Shown: piece after piece, positions 1 to 11,326 of the stretch | How the letters are laid out: each line of letters opens with the position of its first letter | Position numbering within the stretch: the stretch's first letter is position 1 | From: Phaeosaccion multiseriatum | Lineage: Eukaryota; Protista; Ochrophyta, other classes | Reading direction: 5' to 3' | Assembly: GCA_965112735.1 (NCBI GenBank) | Contig: OZ218953.1 | Coordinates: 3,658,001 to 3,722,000 of the forward strand | DNA length: 64,000 bases | Notes under the pieces: generated by a model | The model's input: only the letters and a program-made list of their open reading frames with translations | What the model was told of the DNA's origin: nothing | The model's database searches: none | Translations under genes and position numbers: made by a program

Positions 1-190
1 CTCCCTCCCTCCCTCCCTCCCTCCCTCCCTCCCTCCCTCTCTCCCTCCCTCCCTCTCTCCCTCCCTCCCTCCCTCCCTCCCTCCCTCCCTCCCTCCCTCC
101 CTCCCTCCCTCCCTCCCTCCCTCCCTCCCTCCCTCCCTCCCCCCCTCTCTCTCTCTCCCTCCCTCCTTCCCCCTCTCCCCCCCTCTCCTT
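1..190. repeat. (CCCT)n intronic microsatellite
   Basis: Directly visible tetranucleotide array ending shortly before the acceptor at 249. Confidence 0.95.
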
Positions 191-249
191 CACCCTCGAC
201 CCTCGACTCTTTGTCTGTCTACGCTGCACCGCACAACACCGCACTGCAG

Positions 250-3056
250 GCGATGAACGCCCTCACGGAGGGGCGCATGGCAACGTATGATCTCCCTCCC
301 GGCCTGCGTAGTGAGTTCACCAAGGCCGAGATCGAGACGCTCATGGTCAACTTCGGCCTCTTTGACGACTCCGGGGACGGCGCCATCGACGAGGGTGAGA
401 GTTGGAGGAAGGAGGGGTAAGGGGAATAGGGCCATGATAGCACAAGCGCGAGGAGGTGGGGTGTTGGGTTGGGCTCGACTTCTGAGGGCTTTCGCCGAGG
501 CGTTTCGTACGCCCGCTTCCGCCACACAGCTACGGCTACAGGGACGCCCGCCCTTCTCTCTTCATGCAAGCGTAACGCCCCCTCCCCTACCTCTCCCTCC
601 CTCCTCCTTCCTCCTCCCTCCTCCTCCCTCCTCCTCCCTCCTCCGCCCTCCTCCTCCCTCCTCCTCCCTCCCCCTCCCTCCTCCGCCGTCCTCCCTCCTC
701 CTCCTCCTCCTCCTCCTCCTCCTCCTCCTCCGCCGTCCTCCTCCTCTTCCTCCTCCTCCTCCTCCTCCTCCTCCTCCTCCTCCTCCTCCTCCTCCTCCTC
801 CTCCTCCTCCTCCTCCTCCTCCTCCTCCTCCTCCTCCTCCTCCTCCTTCTCCTTCTCCTCCTCCTCCTCCTCCTCCTCCTCCTCCTCCTCCTCCTCCTCC
901 TCCTCCTCCTCCTCCTCCTCCTCCCTTCTCCGCCTCCCTCCTCTTCCTCCTCCTCTCCCTCCCTGCAGTGGAGTTGGAGCAGCTTCTGAGGAACTTTGGT
1001 CAGAACCCCACCAAAGAGAAGGTGAGCGAACTTGTGCTAACATGCGAAGGACACCATTTTCTGTATCACCAACGGGTACCCAAGGAGGGGCGAACAGATG
1101 GAGGGCACGCCTGGAGGGCACGCCTGCTGACTAAACGCTTGCTGATTTCACTTCTTCGCTTCTGTAACCGACCGATCAACCGGTCGCGTGTCTACCCTAC
1201 CCCTACCCCTACCCGTGCTGTGTGTGTGTTTGTGCGTTTGCGGATGCGTGCGTGTGTGCGTGCGCATGCCCCGTAGGTACACGAGGTGATGGAGGAGATT
1301 GACTACGACCGAAACGGCACCATCGACTTTAAAGAGTTTGCAGCCCTCATGCTCAAGGTCAGGGACGGGCTTGTTGACTTGGACGACTCCGCTTTCGGCA
1401 GGGCAGTCATGAACAGTGCAACGGCCAGTCTGCTCAGCGGGCAGGTCAGCAGGCTGCAGGAGCCGGAGCATGCGGTGAGTGAGCGAGGAGGAGGAGGGGA
1501 AGGAGAAGGAGGGCTCTTGAACCGAAATCGAACCTCTGCCGCTCATGGAGGAGCTTGTTCTGTCCCCTTGCCCCTCTGCTGACTTGTGACCCTCTGCTGC
1601 CTTCCTCCCCCTGACAGGTGGAATGGTGTGGCCCTTATCGCATCACCGCAGTGCGGCCGGCAACGTGCGATGTGTGCGTGAGGGGCCCGGCGGGGAGTGT
1701 GTACGAGGGGGGCACCTTCCGCCTCGAGATCATCGTCAACGACGGTTTCCCCTACGTGCCCCCCCACGTCAAGTTCCGAAACAGGTACGGGTCGTAGTAG
1801 CACATAGGGTGGGGGGGGGGGGTTGAGGTGTACAGGTCTGTGCCTGCTGACGGTCAGCACATGACGGATGGGTGCCTCTTTCTTTCTTTCACATTCCTCT
1901 CTCCTCGTGTCCTTGATGGCGACCTCTGTATCGCCTCGGAAACCTGTTCATCCCTTCGACTGCCATCGATCGCAGCGCCCCCCTCCCTCCTGAGCACCAT
2001 CCCCATCTCCCTCATCCCCTCTCCTTGGCCATGTGAGTCCGTGGATCGACGACCCACGGGCTCGCTTTATTTTCGCCTTGCCCACCCACCACAACCCCGC
2101 CCTGTGCATGTGCGCGTATGTGTATGTGTACTCTTGCCCCCCCCCTCCTTCTCCTCCTCCTCCTCCTCCTCCTCCTCCTCCTCCTCCTCCTCCTCCTCCT
2201 CCTCCTCCTCCTCCTCCTCCTCCTCCTCCTCCTCCTCCTCCTCAGGATGTTCCACCTCAACTTTAACATGCTCCTGGACGGTAGTACGGGCGTGGCCCAG
2301 CTGCTGGACCTCTGGACGGCTTCCTGGGATCTCGAAATACTGCTCAGGCGCATCGTTGATCTGATGAAGGTGGGCGAGGGAATGGACTAGAGAGAGGGAG
2401 GGAACCAGAAAGGGGGTGGGTGATGGGGGAGTGGGCGAGTATGTGGATGAGTGAGTGGGTGAGTAAGTGAGTGCGTGAGTGACTGGGTGAGGTGTGTGGG
2501 CGAGGGAGTGAGTGAGTGAGTGAATGAGTATTGACTTCTCGTATGTGCGCAATCTCCGTCAACGGTCTTCCACTTGCAAGACCGTCGCGGCGCTGCTCGT
2601 GGCCGCCCCACCGCCACCCGCCGCCCCGTCTGTTGCCATCCCTCTGGCCGCCCCGTCTGTTGCCATCGCTCTGGGGATACACAGAAAAAGAAGAGAACGA
2701 ACCAATGACCAAAAGGCACCACCCAACACCCTCAAACTCAAACCCTTCCTTGCCCCTGGACTCTGTGCTCCGCCCTCCAGGAGCCCGACCCGTCCCTTCT
2801 CCCCTCTGACCTCAGCGCGCTTGCTGCCCCGCCGACCCAAGCACACGGCCCAAGACAGGACCTTCGAGAGAAGAAGCGCTCCGGGCAGCTCGCAGCGCAA
2901 GTGGCCTCAATGTACTTCTCACAGAGGGAGGCGTATGACCAAACGGCACGGAGGTTTGCGGCCCTCTCCATCGCTCCGGGGTCTTTCAAAGCGGAGGAGT
3001 CCGACAAGGCGGAGGGGTACAGCGAGGCGGAGGGGGGAGACGAGGAGAAGCAATGA
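250..3056 (+). CDS. EF-hand pair (calmodulin N-lobe-like) fused to a ubiquitin-conjugating-enzyme-like domain lacking the catalytic Cys (UEV-type); probably 5'-partial
   Basis: GT-AG exons 250-394, 969-1021, 1277-1474, 1618-1784, 2246-2369 and 2781-3056 join in frame (963 nt). EF loops are DDSGDGAIDEVE and DYDRNGTIDFKE. UBC motifs are GPAGSVYEGGTFRLEI..FPYVPPHVKF, FHLN (for HPN), W..SW, EPDP and YDQTARRF. A (CCCT)n tract and an AG acceptor upstream imply earlier exons outside the window. Confidence 0.85.
585..960. repeat. (CCT)n intronic microsatellite; similar arrays at 2150-2243 and 47857-47930
   Basis: Pure CCT arrays lie immediately 5' of AG acceptors and generate the spurious poly-E/P/S/L/R ORFs. 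Confidence 0.95.
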
Positions 3057-4262
3057 GCCCTCCTGAGGAGCAAGCACTGGACAGGGTTGATCAGTCTTGA
3101 CAGGGTTGAACAGTGACCTTAATGGGCCGGACAGGGTTGAACAGTGACCTTAATGGGCCGTGAGCACGGTGATGGAGCAGCGGGCTGAGGCAGTGACGCA
3201 GTGGACGGGCTGTGAGGCACGAGCCTGACTGTAGGCCGGCGCTCGGAGACGCTCGGCAGTCTGTGCTGGACTGGTGGGTCGTGCCCTCCCCTTCCTTCCT
3301 TCCTTCCTTCCTTCCTTCCTTCCTTCCTTCCTTCCTTCCTTCCTTCCTTCCTTCCTTCCTACCTTCCTTCCTTCCCCACATACTGCAGCGAAGTGCGGCG
3401 CGTTGAGTTGAAATTGGGCAGGTCACAGGATTGAGAGAGAGAGAGGAGGACGCTTGTCAAGTCGGTCGGCTCCCTTTGCCCTCCGGGGTCTTTGAGCGAA
3501 GCGCTTACACCCGTGGGCGGTACTCGCCGAGGGCCCTGTACAGGGACAGAGAGGAAGTTTGTGCGATCAATTGATGGCTTGGTCGGTCGGTCGGTCGGTC
3601 GGAGTTGAGTCGTTCCAAAGTTGCCTCTCTCGAGCGATCCATTGGATCGATTGGGGGTACGACGGCTCCAGTTTTGTTCTTCCTTCTCTGCCCTCCACCC
3701 TTTATTGCCTATCCGAGGGCGGCGGACGGTTTCGCTTCCCCGCCATCCCCTTCCCCCACCCCCTCCCGACTAGTGTGGGTCCCGACTAGTGTGAGCCAGG
3801 ATCACGGCCAGGAAGGATCAGAATCAGGGTCAGATAAAGAATCAGGGTTGCGATCAGGATCAGGCTCGAAGCCTGCCAGCAAGCAAGTGGGAGCAAGCGG
3901 GAGCGGGGCATGGAGCACCAGTGACGTTCAGAGCCCACGCCCCCCCCCCCCTCGGTGAGCGCTCGTGAGGTGATCTTTGTGCTCTGCCCGTGAGTAAGTG
4001 GAACGAGCGACGAACTGTTCGGGAAGAGCGCGGAGGCAGCAGGCACATGGAATAGCACGGTCTATTATCACTTCTGCATAGGTCTGAGAGGTAGATAATT
4101 ATCATAAAAGCGTGTACATACATTATGGCTTTGAGAAATACTTGTAGGAAATAGGGTTCGTTTCTATCTGCAACGAACGTTCATCTTCTCAGATGAAAGC
4201 CGCAGCACCAGCGGTGGCCCCTCACTTCCCCCCCCCGCCTGCCCCCATGTAAAAGCCAAGAC

Positions 4263-4650
4263 TCAACACCTAGCGAAGACGAGTTCATAGAGAAGGAGGA
4301 GGTGCACCACCCCCGCGTAGCCGAGGAGCACCGCCCACACCTGCTCCTGAGGCTGCCTCTTGATGGCCGCAGCCGCCGAGGGCCAGTGCTGGGAGAGCAG
4401 CGGCCACAAAGGGTTGCGCACGCAGAGCGTGTTTCCCGGCTTGGCATCGTGCTCTGAATCCTCCGACCGTGGCTCCCCCATTTGGCCCGACTGCCCTAAA
4501 CCGCCCTCCTCGAGGTCGTGGAAGTGTCTACCGCTGCTCCGACTCGCGCGTTGGAAGGCGGCGCTGGGGGAGGGCGTGGGGGGCAAGGCGTCCAAGGGGG
4601 AGGAGAGGGCAACTTTATCGCCCTCCAGCTTCGGCGCCTCTCGCGTTGCG

Positions 4651-4686
<36 letters not shown>

Positions 4687-7600
4687 GACACCAACTGCTG
4701 TTGCTGCTGCTGCGCTTGGGCCAGGCGCTCCTTCAACCGTGACACCTCACTCTCCGCCTCTGTCTGGCCTGCGGCGGCCGCCCTCAGAGCCTCGGTAGCG
4801 CGGCGCAGGGCCGTCTGCGAGGTCGTCGCCATCTGCACTGCCTTGGCCCCGCTCTCCTCCAGCACCGCCAACAGCCTTGCCGCCCCCTCTTGCCCAGAGA
4901 CTGCCTCTGCCTGCTCCTCCTGCAAGCGACACCTCAGCTGCTGCACCTGCTGCACAACACCCGTCGATCCACTGCCCCCCCCTTCCACTTGCTCCACTTG
5001 GCCTTGGCTTTGGCGGTGGTCCTCATCCGCAGGAGCCTCCGTGCTGCGTTCGAGCCCCTCCCCTCCCCCCACCACGGCAGGAGCAGTTGAGTCCGCGGTG
5101 GCGGCGGCGGCGAGTGCACCGGCCACACGCCGCAGCCCCTCGCTCAGACGTTTCCCCGCCGCCTCTCTGCTCCCCGCTGTCTCCCGCAGCAGACCCGACA
5201 GAGCCACGAGCTCGGCGCACACCTCGGTCTTGTCTCTTTGCATGGCCCCGAGCTCCTCCATGAGCCGTGCCCCCTCCGCCACTGCCTGGGCCTGGGCCTG
5301 CTCGAGGGCCGCAGCTACCGCATCTCGCTCTTCGTTCGTCGTCGCCAACAGCGCATGCGCTTCCTTGAGCTGCGTCTCCAGTCCACCAACGCTAGCTTGC
5401 GCGCGCTTCTCCTCAATGGCCCGGGCGAGGGCGGCGTGCTTCTCCTTTCGAGAGTCTTTCACACCTTGCTCAGCCTCGGCCAAACGAGACTCCAATGTGG
5501 TCCTTACCGTCACCATCTCCTCCTCCAAGGCGGTACAACGCGCCTGAGCCTCGAGTAAGGCGGCGTTGCCCTCCTCTCTCTCCCTTCTGCCGGCCTCCAG
5601 TTGCGCGCCATCTGCCTCCATCTGAATCTCGACCTCCTCCACACGCCGAACCAGAGCCTCCTCTCTGTCCCTCACACTCTGTAGCTCGGTGCAGTGCTCC
5701 TGTGCCCTCGCCGCCCACTCTTGCTCCTTTGCGCCCAAGGCCTCAGCCTCTGCTTGTAAGCGTCGCTGCCCTTCTACAGCCTCGTCCCTTTGCTTCCGCA
5801 CCACTTGCACCTCCTCTACAGCCTCTGCCACTTGAGCCTCTAGCTGTGTCCTCAGTGTAACGAGCTCGAGCTGGGCCTGCTCCTCCCTCGCCTCCCGCTC
5901 TGCCGCAGCTTCGCCCAACTCACGCTCGACCTTCTCTAGATGCGTCGCCAGCGCAGCCTCTCGGCCTCTCGCCTCTTCGAGCTCAGCGCCTCGTTCTTCC
6001 ACTGCCTTCTGCAGCGCCTCCACCTCAGCCTTCAACATCAGACTTTGCTTCTCGGCCTCGTCACTCTGCTGCAGAGTCTCTCTCGACTGCTCCAGCTGCT
6101 TCAGCACATCGTCGTGGGTCCTCTGCAGCTCAGTTAGCTCCTCTGTGACCGACGACATGCGCTGGGCTGCCTCCTCCTCCACTTCCTCCAGGCGCGTCGC
6201 CAGCACAGCCTCTCGGCCTCTCGCCTCTTCGAGCTCAGCGCCTCGTTCCTCCACTGCCTTCTGCAGCGCCTCCACCTCAGCCTTCAACATCAGACTTTGC
6301 TTCTCGGCCTCGTCACTCTGCTGCAGAGTCTCTCTCGACTGCTCCAGCTGCTTCAGCACATCGTCGTGGGTCCTCCGTAGCTCAGTTAGCTCCTCTGTGA
6401 CCGATGACATGCGCTGGGCTGCCTCCTCCTCCACCTCCTCCAGGCGCGTCGCCACCGCAGCCTCTCGGCCTCTTGCCTCTTCGAGCTCAGCGCCTCGTTC
6501 CTCCACTGCCTTTTGCAGCGCCTCCACCTCAGCCTTCAACATCAGACTTTGCTTCTCGGCCTCGTCACTCTGCTGCAGAGTCTCTCTCGACTGCTCCAGC
6601 TGCTTCAGCACATCGTCGTGGGTCCTCTGCAGCTCCGTCAGCTCCTCTAAACGTTGGCGTGCCTCGTCTCTCTCTCTTTGCAGTTCCTCCTTCAGCTGTT
6701 CGCTCTCAGCCTCGTACTCCGTGTTACGCGCTTGAGCCTCTGTCAGCGCTTCTTTGATTGTCTTCCACTCTCCAGCCAAGTCATCCAATTGCTCGCGCTG
6801 TATCTCTTCGCTCCTGAGGAGAGCTCTTAAGCGCTCAATTTCACCCTCACCCTCGCTGGTCCGCTGATTTGCCTCTTCCAACCCAGCTCTCAACTCCCCC
6901 ACTTCCGCATTGGCTCTCCCAAGACTCTCCCTCGCCACCACCAAGTCTTGCTCCAGTCCAGACAAGCCGAGCGCCTCTCCCTTCTCCTTCTCCACACCGG
7001 CAGCCTCCGTCTGCTCTTTTGCAGCCAGCACGGAATCCAGCTCTGTTTGCTTGGCCTCCACTTCCTGCTCCTTGTTCCTGAGTTGGCTCTCCAGGCTCGC
7101 CATCTGCGTGCGAAGGTTTCCAAGCTGCTCCGTGGTAGAGGCCATCTCCTCCCGCACAGCCTCTCCAGCCACCCTCCACTCCTCCGCCTTGTCCTTCTCA
7201 CTGTGCAGCTGCTCTTCCACCGCAACCAACAAGCCCCCCTTGGCCTGTGCATCGGCCTCAGCGACCTCCAGTCGCGTCCTAAGCTCGTCCACCTCAACAC
7301 CCCGAGCCTCCATCTCTTGCTCCGCCCCCGCCAGAGCACTCCGGGCCGCCTCGAGGTCCCCAGACACAGCGTCAAGCCGCTCCTGCCCAGCGTCCTGCCC
7401 AGCGATCCGGTCCTCCAGCTCCTTCACTTGGCCGTCAGCACTCTCCGCTCGGAGGGTGACCTCCTTCAGTGCAGACACTGTACTCGACAACTCCGCCTGC
7501 GATGAGATTCGGTGGTTGGGTGGGTGAGATTGTGGTGGAAGTAGCCGTAGTGTATGAAGTAGTGAGCAGCGGAGAGGTGGGGGCAAGGAAGGGCGTGCAA

Positions 7601-8682
7601 GGGTGAGAGGGTGAGGATGAAGGTGGAGGTGAGAGCCGAGCCCAACACGACAAGGAAGGCAAATGATGAGCACTGTGATACGTGAAAAAGGCAGGCAGCA
7701 AAATGGTCTTCTCAGCCCTTGATGGAGGAGGGGAGGACCACAGGCCATCAAGGACTGTGCTGACCCCTGCCTCCCGTCTCCTGTTCCCTTCTCTTGTCTC
7801 CCTCCATATCCTTGATACCTGCATCGTCTCCAGCTCTCCCTGGAGCTGCTCCACGGCGGTGGCTCTTTCTGTGTGCTGCTCTTCCAGAGTGCTGCTGTCT
7901 GCTTGTGCTTGCAAGGCCTGCACCTGAGCATTGAGCTCTTGCACCTGCCTCTCGCTGTCTGCTTGCCCCTCATCCAACCTTGTCTGCAGCTCTAAACACT
8001 CTTGTTTACCCTCCGTGGCGACCCGACTCAGCTCTTCCTGCAGCTGCTGAGCAGTGAGCTGGCCATCCCGTACCGCACTGGCCAGCTCCTCCTCGTGCTG
8101 CCGACGCATCTCCCTCAACTCCTCCTCCAAGGCGGACTCTCGGCTTCGCGCTTCCTCCAAGGCTTCCCCTACTCGCCCGCTCTCCTCCACGCTTGCCCCC
8201 GCCTCCGCCTCTGCCTGGGCGAGCTTGGCGGCGCCGTCCTGCAGCTGTGCCTCAGCCACCTCCAGCCTCTCCGCCAGCGCTTCCTCCTGCTCGATACGCT
8301 CCGCCAGCCGCCCCTCGTACTCGCCCCGCTCGGTCACCGCCTCCTGCAGCCCGGTGGCCATCTCCTCTGCCCGAGTCTGCTGCTCCCGCACCTCGACTTG
8401 CAAGCGCTCCACTTCCGTCTCCAGAAGCTGTCTCTGCACTGCCGCCTCCTCGGCCGCACCCTGCAGTTGCCCCTCCAGCTCTGCCCGGGCTGCTTGCGCC
8501 TGGGCCAGCTGCTGCTCAAGCTCCTCATAGGCCTGCTGCTTCTCACCCACGGGCGGTGTCCGCATGCCCAAAGGCGTCGCTACAGTCTCCTCTCCTTCCT
8601 CGGCCTCCTCTTCGTTGGCGCTGTGCATATCCTCCGATTCGCTGCCCTTGCCAGTGGCGTCCTCTCCCTGCTCCACCACCAA

Positions 8683-8722
<40 letters not shown>

Positions 8723-9903
8723 ATCAACAACTCCTGAAGCTGTTGCTCCTGCTCCTGCTCCATCTCCATCCGCATGGCCGCCAGCTGCTGCGCGAACTGC
8801 GTGGCGGATGCCTCATACAGGGCCTGCGCCTCTTGCCTGCCCGCTGCGGCTCTGGTCAGCCGCTGCTGCAGGTCTTCGGCCTTCCTGCTCGACTGATCCC
8901 TTTCCGCCCGCACGTCGTCGAGCTCGTCCCTCTTCATCTCCAGTTGCAGCTTGAGCTCCTCCATCTCCGCTTCCTGCTGCTGCTGCAGCTGCTCCTCCTG
9001 TTGTTGTTGCTGCTGCTGCTGCTCAGCCCCATCGTCTTGCAGGGTGTCATCTTCCACCTCGTCTCCCGCTGCGTCCGTCTTGTCCTCCTCCTCCCCCTGC
9101 CCCTCTTTGCGACTTTTCCGGCTCTCACTGAGTTGCGTCTGCAGCAGCGACACTGTCTCTGTGAGGCTCTTTTGCCTCGCCTCCGCCAACTCCCGCTCCT
9201 CCGCGAGGGCGAGCTTCCACGCCTCGACTTCCCTCACTCTCCGCTCCTCGCTCTCCTCAAGCTCTGCCCTCTGCCGCGCATTGTCTTCCTCGGCGGCCTC
9301 GAGCCTTTCTCTGAGCGCGGCAAGCTCCTCCTCCTTGTCCTCCAGCTCAAGCTCCCTCCCGCGGATATGGGCAACGAGCTTTTGAATCTGTGGCTCCATC
9401 TTCGCAACTGCAGCCTGGTTCTCCTCCTTCAGTTCCGCCACCCTCCTTTTCAGGAGCGACACCTGTTTCCGCTTGCCTTCCACCACCTTGCCATGCTCGC
9501 GTTGGAGCTTTTGCATCTTCTCTGACAGCTCAGAGGCGGCATCTGCGGGGGGTGCTCGACCTTCCCCCTCCGCCGCCGCCTCCTCCTGCCCTTCCTCCTC
9601 TCCTTTGTCCTCTCTCAAAGAGGCCGAATGCTCATGACCCTCCTCCTCCTCCTCCTCCCCCCCCTCCTTATCATCACCGTCATCATCATAAACACTACTA
9701 CTACCACTACTACCCTCTCCCTCCTCCTCTAGAACCCTGCCATCCTCATCCTCGCTCCCAAATATCTCCTCTCCCTCGCTGTCATAGCTTCGATCCGCAG
9801 CGCCTTCGTCAAGCGCCTCAAGTAGCTGCGAGCCCCGCGTCACCGCCTGGTTGACCGCCTGGTTGACGATGCCACCTGTGGCTTGAGCCAGGCGCCCAAA
9901 CAT
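4263..9903 (-). CDS. Golgin-84/CASP/giantin-type tail-anchored long coiled-coil protein (~1,770 aa)
   Basis: Two exons (9903-7819, 7496-4263) are joined by a phase-0 GT-AG intron. The protein is an E/Q/L/A/R-rich heptad sequence ending in a TM segment WAVLLGYAGVVHLLLLYELVF with the Tyr and His typical of TMD golgins. The N-terminal LLEALDEGAA resembles the golgin-84 N-terminal motif. Confidence 0.75.
5941..6645 (-). repeat. Coding tandem repeat, 252-nt (84-aa) unit, ~2.8 near-identical copies
   Basis: The anchor TCAGCACATCGTCGTGGGTC recurs at 6101, 6353 and 6605. Confidence 0.95.
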
Positions 9904-10694
9904 AAGTCTTTTTTATTGAGGGAGACTGTGCCGAAAAACGGGAGCCAAGCTGGAACTGAAACTGTGGATTCCCTTCGCCAATCCAAAATCATGAAAGAAA
10001 ACCCCACTCCATTCTTCTCAGAGCCTGCCCTCAGGAGTGAAGGATGGGGGGGATGGATTTACCGGGGTAGCGAAGCAGCAGTTCTGCAGCAGTCTGCTTT
10101 TCAGCTAGAAGTTTTTCGGGAGTCTTGAGCCGCAGGCGAGGCTGAGAAATCAAAGGAGTGGTCACCGTGCTCTGGTCGACCCCTCCCTCCTCTACTTGCC
10201 TCTACTCTTCTTGGGACCCTCAATACAGCTCACGAAATGAAGAGGACAAGGGGGTTGTTCGGGTGGGACCGCATCATGGGTCTGCTTCCTTCTCTTCAGG
10301 AAGGAAGAGCATGAAGGTGAAGTGAGCATGAGCGTACCTTCTGCCTCAAAAATGAGCGACTTCGATGATGCCCCGGCCCCTCATCTCTTTCTCTTGCCGC
10401 CCCTCCTTTTCTCCTCGGAGTTATCTCCGACTCACTCCTCCATCCATTGCTGCTCCAATGCGTCCACCCCCCCCAACGCTGCAGGACCACGTACGAACGA
10501 AATGAAGCATCGCCGCTCGACCGTTCGTAGCCAGCCGAGGTCTGCTCTCGGGACGGGAGGCGAAGGCATCCACCTACAGCCAGCCGAGGTCTGCTTCCTC
10601 CTGTACAACTAGGAAGAGTATGCGGGCAGCAAGGACTGAAGTGAGTATTCCCTCTGCCTCCGTTTTGACTTCCCCCTCCGACAGTAAAGAGCCG

Positions 10695-10797
10695 CTTCGA
10701 TGATGACACACATATGGCATAGTTCTTCGCGAAGTTATCTAATAACTCTTGACGACATCTAACATCAGAAATTAGTCTTTCGCTCCTATCTGAGAAC
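10695..10797 (+). ncRNA. Box C/D snoRNA, snR60/U80(SNORD80)/Z15-like double guide for LSU rRNA
   Basis: C box ATGATGA 10700-10706, C' TGACGA 10750-10755, D box CTGA 10790-10793, terminal TTC/GAA pairing. Guide GGCATAGTTC (10716-10725) is antisense to conserved LSU rRNA GAACUAUGCC. Guide ATTAGTCTTTCGCTCCTAT (10771-10789) is antisense to AUAGGGGCGAAAGACUAAU with one G-U pair. It sits in a locally AT-rich island. Confidence 0.8.
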
Positions 10798-11326
10798 CGC
10801 GCTCTGTCTCGTGCCCCCCCCCCCGTCCTGTGCCTTCTCTGCCAAGCTAAGCTCTCTCCGACTAAACCCTCCGTCTGCTGCACTCCAATGCGTCCCAACC
10901 CCTTTGCAAGACGCACCTCTGGCCCCAGGAAGCCAGGCCACTTTCCCCGCTTGTGCATCGTAAAGGAGGAGGAGTAGGAGAGGGGGAAGGCGAACTCATC
11001 CCTCCGAGAGGGCCAAGCAAGCGCTGTGGCAGTACGACAATTCGACCGCTTGACGAGGCCAGTCCTACGCCCAGCACGAAAGCGAGACTCGCTCCTCGAC
11101 CGAGAGCTCGGCAGGACCAGCAACACAAACACTCGTCACCAACCGTATATAGATCGAGCGAGGCCCGGTCGAAAGAGTTCAAAAGAGCCGGGAAGGAGCA
11201 CGTGAACCCATGCGTTACACCGTGGATTGCACATACGCAATCAATCAACCCATGCGTTACATTGTGGATTGCACATATGCAATCATAGCAACCCGAGAAA
11301 TATGCGATTTTATTGTATTGCTACTG

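Noticed and set aside
190-1276. Long overlapping poly-E, poly-P and poly-S ORFs (300, 329 and 221 aa)
   Set aside because: They are translations of an intronic (CCT)n microsatellite; the real exons are short and bounded by GT-AG.
4360-9525. Long plus-strand ORFs (395 aa, 507 aa and others) opposite the golgin
   Set aside because: Antisense shadows of a GC-rich, E/Q-rich coding strand, with no motifs of their own.
10296-11132. 278-aa minus-strand ORF as a gene or transposon remnant
   Set aside because: No recognisable motifs; the AT-rich core is better explained by the plus-strand snoRNA.
11205-11285. Two copies of AACCCATGCGTTACA-GTGGATTGCACATA-GCAATCA resembling CRISPR repeats
   Set aside because: Only two near-adjacent copies with no unique spacers, in a eukaryotic 3' region; a simple tandem duplication.
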